A stretch of 64,000 nucleotides of DNA from an uncultured Gammaproteobacteria bacterium (GTDB lineage: Bacteria > Patescibacteriota > Microgenomatia > UBA8517), in the NCBI GenBank assembly GCA_964600575.1, contig CAZRJH010000001.1, forward strand, positions 28,651-92,650. Reading direction: 5' to 3'. Positions 55,980-64,000 of this stretch are shown here, one piece after another. Each line of letters starts with the position of its first letter. Positions within the stretch are counted from its first letter, which is position 1. Below the pieces are notes generated by a model, which was not told the origin of the DNA, made no database searches, and saw only the letters and a list, made by a program, of their open reading frames with translations. A program made the translations under genes and the position numbers.

Positions 55980-57279
55980 TAAATACATACCAATAATAGG
56001 ATTAGAAATACATATAGAACCAAATACAAAAAGCAAGATGTTTTGTAGGTGCCCTCAGGATCATTTTGGCAAAAAACCAAATACCCAAACCTGCCCGATT
56101 TGTTTGGGTCTTCCCGGGGCGCTTCCTTTTGCTAATAAAGAAGCCGTTTATAAAACAATAAAACTTGGTTTGGCTTTAGGCTCCAAAATAAGTAGCTATT
56201 CTAAGTTTTACCGAAAAAATTATTTTTACCCAGACTTACCTAAAGCGTTTCAGACATCTCAGTTGGATTCCCCGCTATGTATCGGCGGATCTCTTTTTGA
56301 TAAACGAGTAAATCATATTCATTTAGAGGAAGATGCCGGAAAACTTATGCACGAAAATCTCGACGGGAACAAAGTTTCTCTGGTAGATTTTAACCGTGGA
56401 GGATGTGCCTTAATAGAAATTGTTACCGAGCCGGATTTTCATGATTTAGAAAGCGTTACCGAATTTGTAAAAGAAATGCAGTTAATCGCAAGATACCTTG
56501 ATGTTTCTGGTGCTGATATGGAAAAGGGTTCCATGAGATTGGAAGCAAATGTTTCGATGAGCCCGGATGGTAATCTGCCCGATTATAAAGTAGAGCTTAA
56601 AAACATTAACTCCTTTAGATTTTTGGGCAAAGCTATTCAGGCCGAGTTGACCCGACAAGAAAAGGCTCTGTTGGCGGGGGAAAAACTTATACAGGAAACC
56701 AGAGGTTACGACGAAATAAAACAAACAACATTTTCTCAAAGAACAAAAGCGGATGCCCACGATTACCGCTACTTTCCGGAGGCAGACTTGCCGCCTATGA
56801 GATTTACGGATGAAGAAATAGAAGATATCCAAAAAACCGTTCCCGAACTTCCTGCTGGTAAAAGAAAAAGATTTATGGAAAGCTATGGCCTTTCCAAAGA
56901 GTTTGCGGATATTTTGGTCTCCGATAATTCACGGAGTGTTTACTTTGAAGAAGCCGTCAAAGTTGGGGCAAAGGAAAATATCGGTTCCAAAACCATTGCG
57001 GATTTCATGATCAATAAAAAACTTGATGCGGATTTTCCCGAACCCGCTGGGCTAGTCAAAAAAGTCTATGAGTTTAGTAAAGTAGAGTATGCGGATTTGG
57101 ATACAACAGCAGATGCTGTTAAAGCCGTAATTTCCGAAAACGAAAAAGCTGTTAACGACTACAAAAACGGGAACGGAAACGTGATAGGCTTTTTGATTGG
57201 TATGGTACAAAAGAAACTACAAGGTAAGGGAAACATTATACTAGTGAGAGAAAGTTTACTGAAGCAAATTACCACTTAG
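55972..57279 (+). CDS. gatB: Asp/Glu-tRNA amidotransferase subunit B
   Basis: IGLEIH, GLPGALP, RKNYFYPDLPK, HLEEDAGK, DYRYFPE. Confidence 0.97.
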   Translation: MADKYIPIIGLEIHIEPNTKSKMFCRCPQDHFGKKPNTQTCPICLGLPGALPFANKEAVYKTIKLGLALGSKISSYSKFYRKNYFYPDLPKAFQTSQLDSPLCIGGSLFDKRVNHIHLEEDAGKLMHENLDGNKVSLVDFNRGGCALIEIVTEPDFHDLESVTEFVKEMQLIARYLDVSGADMEKGSMRLEANVSMSPDGNLPDYKVELKNINSFRFLGKAIQAELTRQEKALLAGEKLIQETRGYDEIKQTTFSQRTKADAHDYRYFPEADLPPMRFTDEEIEDIQKTVPELPAGKRKRFMESYGLSKEFADILVSDNSRSVYFEEAVKVGAKENIGSKTIADFMINKKLDADFPEPAGLVKKVYEFSKVEYADLDTTADAVKAVISENEKAVNDYKNGNGNVIGFLIGMVQKKLQGKGNIILVRESLLKQITT

Positions 57280-58056
57280 ATGTCAGAACCTGCCGGCCCG
57301 CCAAAAGATTACATAGTAGACGCCGCGTTTAGAGCGAATCGTATATTGGGAGGATCAGAAGAAGGTTTAAAGATTTTAAACAGAGGTAAACATGAAGATG
57401 ACGAAGGTGCGATTCTGTTGACAGAAATGGAAAAAGACGCCGAAATCAGGCAAAACTATGATGAGTTGGAAAAAAAAGCTACCACAGATCAGATAACAGA
57501 ACTTCCTAACCAGCTTGCCTTTGATGAAATGATAGACGGTGTTACTAGTTTGTATAATAGGGAACACGCCCAACACGAAGGTGTCTTTGTTGTTTTTGAT
57601 TTGACAGGCCTCAAAATTGCAAACGACAATTATGGTCATATTGCAGGAGACAGATATTTAAGATCTTTTGCTGATGCTTTAAGAAGAAATTCTCGTGCGT
57701 CTGATAGGATTTTTCGGTTGGGTAAAACTGCAGATGAGTTTTTGTTATATCTTCCCGGTAGTATTTCAGAACAAAATTTAAAAATTGTTTTGGATAGAAT
57801 AGAACACAACTTAGAGGTATTCCAAGACATGGCGCAAACCAAAGATCGCGGAATTGAATATGGTGTTAGTTCTGTTGTATCTTTTTTTGGCAGAGGTGCT
57901 ACTCCCCGAGAGGCTTTTTTGGCCGCATCGGAAAAAATGGGAGATGCAAAGGATGTTAAAAAGGCTCGAGCAATTGGCGGTGAAAATGTTAAAGACGGTC
58001 GTGTAATGGGTGTGGGGAGGTTGTATATAAATAGCGCAAAGGATGTTGCGTGGTAG
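57280..58056 (+). CDS. GGDEF-domain protein with variant active site
   Basis: D.IT.LPN, DL.GLK..ND.YGH.AGD, RLGKTADEF. Confidence 0.85.
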   Translation: MSEPAGPPKDYIVDAAFRANRILGGSEEGLKILNRGKHEDDEGAILLTEMEKDAEIRQNYDELEKKATTDQITELPNQLAFDEMIDGVTSLYNREHAQHEGVFVVFDLTGLKIANDNYGHIAGDRYLRSFADALRRNSRASDRIFRLGKTADEFLLYLPGSISEQNLKIVLDRIEHNLEVFQDMAQTKDRGIEYGVSSVVSFFGRGATPREAFLAASEKMGDAKDVKKARAIGGENVKDGRVMGVGRLYINSAKDVAW

Positions 58057-58062
58057 AATGCT

Positions 58063-61000
58063 TTGATGTCTAAATTTGTCCATCTACATAGCCATACGGA
58101 ATATTCGCTTCTTGATGGTCTTAGTAACATAAAGAAGTTGATCCGTTATGTCAAAGAACAAGGGATGGATTCGATTGCGATTACGGACCATGGAGTAATG
58201 TACGGCGAAATTGAGTTTTACAAGGAAGCTTTGAAAAATGAAATAAAACCAATACTGGGGATGGAAGGCTATATTGTTCCGGGCGACCTTAAAGAGCGTG
58301 CGGAAAAGGGAAGAGGTAAAAATTATCACTTACTACTTTTAGCAAAAGATTTGGAAGGCTATCAAAATCTAATGAAGTTATCTTCCATCGCCCACTTGGA
58401 CGGTTACTATTACCGGCCTCGTTTTGACAGAGAAACCCTAAAAAAATACTCCAAAGGTTTGATTGCCACCTCCACTTGTCCGCAAGGAGAGGTTGGACAG
58501 GCAATATTAAACAACGATTTTAAGGAAGCCAAAAAGATAACGGAATGGTATGCGGATGTTTTTAAAGATGATTACTACATGGAAATTCAAAGACATGAGT
58601 ACAATAAATGGACAGACAAAGCCGCTACTCCCGAAATAAAAAATACTCTTTTGGAGCTTTTGGATAGTGAAAATAAATGGAATGACGGAATTATTAAATT
58701 AAGTCGCGAATTGGGAATTCCTTTAATAGCTACCAATGATGCCCATTACATTAAACAGGATGATGCTTTTGCGCAGGATGTTTTGGTTTGTATAGCCACA
58801 GGCAAAAATGTTACGGACACAAAAAGACTAAGGTATATCGATGCGCAGACGTTTGATGTTAAACCCGCCGACGATATGGAGACACTTTTTGCCGACCATC
58901 CGGATGCAATCAGTAATACGGTTAAAGTTGCAGAAAAGTGCAATGTAGAAATAGCTCTCGGCAAATGGTTCTTTCCCATCTTTCCGTTAGAAGAAGGGCA
59001 AACTGCAGATAAAGTTTTAAGAGATTTAGCTCACGAAAAATTATTGGAAAAATTCCCCCAGGCAACCGAAGAAATGAAGCAGAGGATAGATTATGAGTTG
59101 GATATTATTTGTACAAAAGGTTACGCACCATACTTTTTAATAGTTAGGGCAATGGTTAACTGGGCTAATGACTCGGGAATCATTACCAACACCAGAGGCT
59201 CCGCAGCGGGAAGTTTTGTTTCGTATTGTTTGGGAATTACCACAGTGGATCCCATAAAATATTATTTACCTTTTGAACGTTTTCTTAATCCTTTCCGACC
59301 TACTCCCCCCGATATCGATTTCGATGTCTCCGATATTAAACGCGACCAAGTTATTAAGTATATGGCCGACACTTACGGACACGATAAAGTTGCGCAAATT
59401 TGTACTTTTGGAAGAATGTTAAGTAGGGCTGCAGTTCGTGACGTTGCCCGCGTTTTGGGTTATGCATATTCTACGGGGGACAGAATTGCAAAAATGATTC
59501 CCCCTCCCAAACAGGGTTTTCCCATCACTATTCCAAAAGCTTTGGCGGAGGTTCCTGACTTAAAAAATGCCTACGAAGAAGATCCCGACACAAAAAAGGT
59601 TATGGATCTGGCAATACAACTAGAAGGAAGTGCCCGCCATATTTCCGTTCATGCGGCAGGAGTTGTGGTTGCCCCTTCCGATATTACGGATTTTACCCCC
59701 GTTCAAAGAGAGCCTTCGGGGGAAAAGATTATCACCCAATACGAAATGCATGCAAGTGAAGATGTGGGTCTAATCAAATTCGATATTCTTGGGATACGCA
59801 ACTTATCTATTTTAGGTAATGCCGTAGAAATTGTGGAAAAAGTCCGCGAAACTAAAGTTGATTTACGAGCTATTCCAATAGACGACAAAAAGACTTTCGA
59901 AATGCTCGCCAGGGGAGAAACAATGGGAGTTTTTCAGATGGCGGGCGGCGGAATGACAAAACATCTTAAAGATCTCAAACCTACCAGGATAGAGGATTTG
60001 ATGGCGATGGTTGCTTTATACCGCCCGGGCCCTATGTCTCAAATCCCAGAATATATTAAAAGAAAGAGGAACCCCGACTTGGTGGAATATTTAGATCCCA
60101 GGATGGAAAAGTTTTTGGGAGCTTCTTATGGGCTTATTGTTTATCAGGACGACCTTTTGTTCTGCGCGCTCGACCTTGCGGGTTATACATGGGAAGAAGC
60201 CGATAAGTTTAGAAAAGCGGTGGGTAAAAAAATCCCTGAAGAAATGGCCGCACAAAAAGACAAATTCACAAAAGGAATAATTGCTAACGGGCAAACGGGA
60301 AAGTTTGCCGAAGAACTCTGGAAACTTTTTGAACCTTTCCAATCCTACGGATTTAACAAGGCTCACGCCGCAAGTTATGGAATGGTTGCTTACCAAACGG
60401 CCTATATGAAAGCCAACTTCCCAGTGGAATATATGACGGCGCTTTTGTCAGCAGAGAGTGATGATAAAGATAAAGTTTCTGCTGCAATCAACGAGTGCCG
60501 AAGAATGGGTGTAAAAGTTTTACCTCCGGATATAAATGAATCCAAAGTCGATTTTACTATTGTCGAAGATCAGGAGTCTTTGGAAGGGCGTGCTATTAGG
60601 TTTGGTTTGTCTGCAATTAAAAATGTCGGCGGAGCCGCAACCGACGCAATTTTGTCTGCAAGAGAAGAAGGTAACTTTATCTCCTTTGGTGACTTTTTGG
60701 CCAGGGTTGACTCCAGAAAAGTAAACAAAAAAGTTTTGGAGAGTTTGATTAAAGTAGGAGCGATGGGTAATTTTGGCGGACGTGCAACCCTTTTGGCGTC
60801 AATCGACAAATTTAGAGAGAAAGCAGGGAAGACTTCCAAAGACGAAAACCAACAGGGTTTGTTTGCCGACCCCGATCTAAAAAAGACTGAGGCTGTTTCG
60901 GTTGTTACTATGGACATAATTGATGAGTTTGGAGAAGAAGAGCTGGCATCTTTAGAACGACAGCTTTTAGGATTTTCTCTTTCGGCAAAACCGATTAGCG

Positions 61001-61551
61001 AGGTTGTCGGCCCTTTGCAGTTCCAATCCACCCACAAAGTATTCGAAATTAGCGGAACAGAAACATATAGCGAGCTTGTTAGGCTTGCGGCAGTGGTAAC
61101 CGAGGTAAGAGTGATTACTACAAAAAAGACGGGTGCCGAAATGGCGTTTGCAAAAGTCGACGACGGAACGGGTGTTATGGAAATAGTAATTTTCCCCAAA
61201 ATATTTAAAACTACTAGAGATTTCTGGGTGGAGGGTTCACCACTTTTGATTGTAGGCAAGGTGGATGTTAGAGACGAGTCACCCAACCTCTTAGTCGAGT
61301 CAATCGAGACCCTAAATAGCCTCAACGAAAAGAAACAAAGGGAAGTTTTTATAAAAATCCCCAAAAGTACGGACACTTCTGCTCTGCAAAGACTTAAAGC
61401 GATTTTTACTGAGAATCTGGGAGATCAGACAGCCTTTTTGCTCTTCGAAGGAGGAAAAAAGGTTAAATTACCTTTCCAGATTTCCTGGAACGAGACCTTG
61501 GCAAAGGGTATAAGCGAGATATTGGAAGCTAAAAAACCTCAAGAGTCTTGA
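58063..61551 (+). CDS. dnaE: DNA polymerase III alpha subunit
   Basis: [38 protein letters not shown]; no intein seen. Confidence 0.98.
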   Translation: MMSKFVHLHSHTEYSLLDGLSNIKKLIRYVKEQGMDSIAITDHGVMYGEIEFYKEALKNEIKPILGMEGYIVPGDLKERAEKGRGKNYHLLLLAKDLEGYQNLMKLSSIAHLDGYYYRPRFDRETLKKYSKGLIATSTCPQGEVGQAILNNDFKEAKKITEWYADVFKDDYYMEIQRHEYNKWTDKAATPEIKNTLLELLDSENKWNDGIIKLSRELGIPLIATNDAHYIKQDDAFAQDVLVCIATGKNVTDTKRLRYIDAQTFDVKPADDMETLFADHPDAISNTVKVAEKCNVEIALGKWFFPIFPLEEGQTADKVLRDLAHEKLLEKFPQATEEMKQRIDYELDIICTKGYAPYFLIVRAMVNWANDSGIITNTRGSAAGSFVSYCLGITTVDPIKYYLPFERFLNPFRPTPPDIDFDVSDIKRDQVIKYMADTYGHDKVAQICTFGRMLSRAAVRDVARVLGYAYSTGDRIAKMIPPPKQGFPITIPKALAEVPDLKNAYEEDPDTKKVMDLAIQLEGSARHISVHAAGVVVAPSDITDFTPVQREPSGEKIITQYEMHASEDVGLIKFDILGIRNLSILGNAVEIVEKVRETKVDLRAIPIDDKKTFEMLARGETMGVFQMAGGGMTKHLKDLKPTRIEDLMAMVALYRPGPMSQIPEYIKRKRNPDLVEYLDPRMEKFLGASYGLIVYQDDLLFCALDLAGYTWEEADKFRKAVGKKIPEEMAAQKDKFTKGIIANGQTGKFAEELWKLFEPFQSYGFNKAHAASYGMVAYQTAYMKANFPVEYMTALLSAESDDKDKVSAAINECRRMGVKVLPPDINESKVDFTIVEDQESLEGRAIRFGLSAIKNVGGAATDAILSAREEGNFISFGDFLARVDSRKVNKKVLESLIKVGAMGNFGGRATLLASIDKFREKAGKTSKDENQQGLFADPDLKKTEAVSVVTMDIIDEFGEEELASLERQLLGFSLSAKPISEVVGPLQFQSTHKVFEISGTETYSELVRLAAVVTEVRVITTKKTGAEMAFAKVDDGTGVMEIVIFPKIFKTTRDFWVEGSPLLIVGKVDVRDESPNLLVESIETLNSLNEKKQREVFIKIPKSTDTSALQRLKAIFTENLGDQTAFLLFEGGKKVKLPFQISWNETLAKGISEILEAKKPQES

Positions 61552-61606
61552 GAGAGAGGTAAAATCCGTATATAATACGCACTATGGTGTTAGAAACCAA
61601 TGTAAT

Positions 61607-61960
61607 ATGGCATTAAAAATTACGCTCAAAGAGGTTGAATTTGGAGTTGGCGACAAAATTCGTGTTGTTCAAAGAATCAAAGACGGGGACAAGACCCGTG
61701 AAGCTTCTTTTGAGGGCATGGTTATTGGGATAAAAGGCCGAGAACCCGGAAAAACCTTTACTGTCAGAAAGATCGCAGACGGAAACGTTGGGGTAGAAAG
61801 AATCTTCCCACTACACCTCCCTTCCATTGAGAAGGTTGTGGTGGTTAAAAGGGGAGTAGAGGGAGTTAGGCGTTCCAAGCTGTATTACACCAGAGAAAAA
61901 GCTCCTACAGAGGTAGATATGATCTTCAAAAAAGCAGCCCTTAAGTCTGCAAAGAAATAA
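61607..61960 (+). CDS. rplS: 50S ribosomal protein L19
   Basis: FEG.VI, TFTVRK...[16 protein letters not shown]. Confidence 0.96.
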   Translation: MALKITLKEVEFGVGDKIRVVQRIKDGDKTREASFEGMVIGIKGREPGKTFTVRKIADGNVGVERIFPLHLPSIEKVVVVKRGVEGVRRSKLYYTREKAPTEVDMIFKKAALKSAKK

Positions 61961-61981
61961 TTCCTCTGTTAGTATTTATTT

Positions 61982-62338
61982 GTGAATAAGACTTCCAGAA
62001 GTGTCGGTTTTAGTGCTGAATCTTTGGCCATCGAAATTCTAAAACCCAAAGGTTTTGTTATCTTAGAGAGAAACTTTAAATCTCGCTTTGGCGAAATCGA
62101 CATAATTGCCTCAAAGGAGGGAATTCTTTATTTTATCGAGGTTAAGGCTAGATGGAGTTTGCGATTTGGTATGCCGGAAGAGGCAGTAACTTTGGGGAAA
62201 ATACATAAGATACAAAAAACCGGTCAATACTACGCGCTAACCCGCCCAAACTCTCCTCAAAAACAAAGAATATTAGTGGTATCAATGGTGATGGATGGAG
62301 AAAAAGTTGCAAATTATAAACTGATTGATGTATTCTGA
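61982..62338 (+). CDS. YraN family (UPF0102) protein
   Basis: ILERNF..GEIDII, FIEVKAR, PEEAV. Confidence 0.9.
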   Translation: MNKTSRSVGFSAESLAIEILKPKGFVILERNFKSRFGEIDIIASKEGILYFIEVKARWSLRFGMPEEAVTLGKIHKIQKTGQYYALTRPNSPQKQRILVVSMVMDGEKVANYKLIDVF

Positions 62339-62382
62339 TATTTACCTGTTGAAATAGATAGTTTAATAGGTGTAATCTTTAA

Positions 62383-62865
62383 ATGAGAATGGATAACGAA
62401 GGAAAAACTTCGAAGAACACAATGAACAAGGTTGGTCTTGTTTTGTTAGTTGGTCTTGCGGCATGGTTACTTCTAGGTAAAAACGGCGCCAAACTTCCGG
62501 AGGCTAATAGCGGCCCCAAAGTCGTACAAAAATCTGCACAACTTTTATCGGAAAAAAGTTCCAAAGATTGGGGTACTGCAGCAAAAACCACAAACGGGGT
62601 CAATTTCGAACTTAATGTTACGGCATTTCTGCCTAGGGTGGCTGGAAATTCGGGTTATTACGTTTTCCTTAAAGGCGACGGAGATGCTTTAAAGGATATG
62701 CTTATCGGAAAAATGACTCTAAACGGCGATGTGTATGGTTTAAACTATCAGTCTGATATGGATTATTTTGGTTACAAAGAAATAATTGTAGTTAAAGAAA
62801 CAGAATCCCAAGCAAAAGCAAATACCATGACACCTATTGTTCTTAACGGTACATTTGCTCAGTAA
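62383..62865 (+). CDS. Membrane-anchored hypothetical protein
   Basis: N-terminal TM then a beta-rich domain. Confidence 0.7.
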   Translation: MRMDNEGKTSKNTMNKVGLVLLVGLAAWLLLGKNGAKLPEANSGPKVVQKSAQLLSEKSSKDWGTAAKTTNGVNFELNVTAFLPRVAGNSGYYVFLKGDGDALKDMLIGKMTLNGDVYGLNYQSDMDYFGYKEIIVVKETESQAKANTMTPIVLNGTFAQ

Positions 62866-63491
62866 TGTTTACACTTCCGGACCTTCCTTATTCTTACTCT
62901 TCTCTTGAACCTTTCATTGATGAGGAAACAATGCGTATTCATCATGACAAGCATCATGGCACATACGTAAACAATGTCAACGATGCACTCAAGGACGATG
63001 GTGATTTATTGAATATGGACGCACACGAACTATATTTAAATCTTGATAAAGTTCCTGAGAAGGTTCGCGGGAAGGTTAAAAATAATCTAGGAGGGCACAT
63101 TAATCACTCAATGTTTTGGCAGATAATGTGTCCCCCGGAAATGTCTAAAATGCCCGATTTAAAATCGGATTTTATTGCTGCGATGAAGTCAGCTTTTGGT
63201 ACTCAAGAAGATTTTGCGGCAAAGTTTTCCGAATCTTCGCTGTCCAGGTTTGGTAGCGGTTGGGCTTGGCTTGTTGTTGAAAACGAAAAGCTGGATATTG
63301 TTTCTACTGCAAATCAAGATAACCCTATTATGGAAGGTAAAACTCCGATATTGGGCTTAGATGTTTGGGAACACGCATATTATCTTAAATATAAAAATCT
63401 AAGGGCAGATTATGTTAAAGCTTGGTGGAGTGTTGTTAACTGGAATAAAGTAGAAGAAAATTATTTAAAAACGAAAGAAGGTGACAAATGA
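62865..63491 (+). CDS. sodA: Fe/Mn superoxide dismutase
   Basis: HHDKHH, GGHINH, FGSGWAWL, NQD, DVWEHAYY. Confidence 0.95.
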   Translation: MFTLPDLPYSYSSLEPFIDEETMRIHHDKHHGTYVNNVNDALKDDGDLLNMDAHELYLNLDKVPEKVRGKVKNNLGGHINHSMFWQIMCPPEMSKMPDLKSDFIAAMKSAFGTQEDFAAKFSESSLSRFGSGWAWLVVENEKLDIVSTANQDNPIMEGKTPILGLDVWEHAYYLKYKNLRADYVKAWWSVVNWNKVEENYLKTKEGDK

Positions 63492-63745
63492 TGTACGGAC
63501 AATACTGGAATAACTATTCTGGCAATGTGGGTCTTTTCAACCACGGTCTTTTTGGACTCTTTTTGGTGCCTTTAGTACTATGGAGTCTGGTTTGGAAAGG
63601 TTGGGCGCTTTGGACTGCCGCCAGAAAGGGCGATAAGTGGTGGTATATCGCACTTTTGCTTTTAAATACGGCAGGTATATTAGAAATTATTTATATCTTT
63701 CTGATTTCTAAACAGAATCAAAAAACTTCCTCCAAAAAGAAATAA
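63488..63745 (+). CDS. DUF5652-like small membrane protein
   Basis: WSLVWKG.ALW.AAR...KWW...LNT.GILEI.YIF. Confidence 0.82.
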   Translation: MMYGQYWNNYSGNVGLFNHGLFGLFLVPLVLWSLVWKGWALWTAARKGDKWWYIALLLLNTAGILEIIYIFLISKQNQKTSSKKK

Positions 63746-63760
63746 AATCCTAAAATCCTC

Positions 63761-63808
63761 TTGACATTGGTTTATGTCGAACATAAACTCGTATTCTTGT
63801 TCTTTGAA
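63761..63808 (+). promoter_or_regulatory. tRNA promoter with boxA-like site
   Basis: TTGACA-17-TAAACT followed by TGTTCTTTGAA. Confidence 0.65.
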
Positions 63809-63820
63809 TTATTCAAAAAC

Positions 63821-63892
63821 GCGGGTTTAGCTCAGTGGTAGAGCACTTCCTTTGTAAGGGAGTTGTCGGGAGTTCGAATCTCTCAGCCCGCT
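63821..63892 (+). tRNA. tRNA-Thr(TGT)
   Basis: GCGGGTT...CTTCC-TTTGTAA-GGGAG...GGGAG-TTCGAAT-CTCTC-AGCCCGC. Confidence 0.92.
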
Positions 63893-63992
63893 TTTGACGA
63901 GCACTTAACGGCAAAGAATGCACCTACGGAATAGGCAACATTAATGTAGTAGCTACAGAAATGACCGAAAGACCAAAGGAGTGCTCGTCAAA
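63893..63992 (+). repeat. 100-nt element bounded by a perfect 13-bp inverted repeat
   Basis: TTTGACGAGCACT...AGTGCTCGTCAAA with internal hairpins. Confidence 0.7.
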
Positions 63993-64000
63993 CATGGCGC

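Noticed and set aside
1-64000. Alternative genetic code (UGA recoding as in Gracilibacteria/SR1)
   Set aside because: Core genes are intact under code 11 and several end in TGA (ftsA, dnaE)

Overview
AT-rich, densely packed chromosomal window that looks like a reduced-genome Patescibacteria (CPR) organism, probably Microgenomates. This is inferred from gene content, from CPR-typical hypothetical families and from the near absence of Shine-Dalgarno sites; no marker phylogeny was run. Core genes: the end of the dcw cluster (murG-ftsQ-ftsA-ftsZ), ileS, a SEDS protein, rplU/rpmA, parB, lepB, a surface-glycan cluster (21.5-31.6 kb), dus, polX, lemA/htpX, gatCAB, dnaE, rplS, a Fe/Mn superoxide dismutase and five tRNAs. 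No CRISPR array, integrase or transposase was seen. Main findings: (1) A 1709-aa alpha-2-macroglobulin whose bait region is replaced by a 129-aa Hint (intein-like) domain, with an intact CTEQ thioester motif and membrane anchors at both ends; it is a candidate self-activating covalent adhesin or trap. (2) Two expression grammars: many core genes have a -10 box only 5-10 nt before the start codon (apparently leaderless), while eight dispersed accessory loci share a promoter - GCACNTY box - strong SD leader, six of them with a CC(C/T)ATA box just upstream of the -35. (3) Structured ~85-100 nt elements next to three tRNA genes, two of which include partial tRNA duplications. All motif calls were made by eye and novelty is not database-verified.
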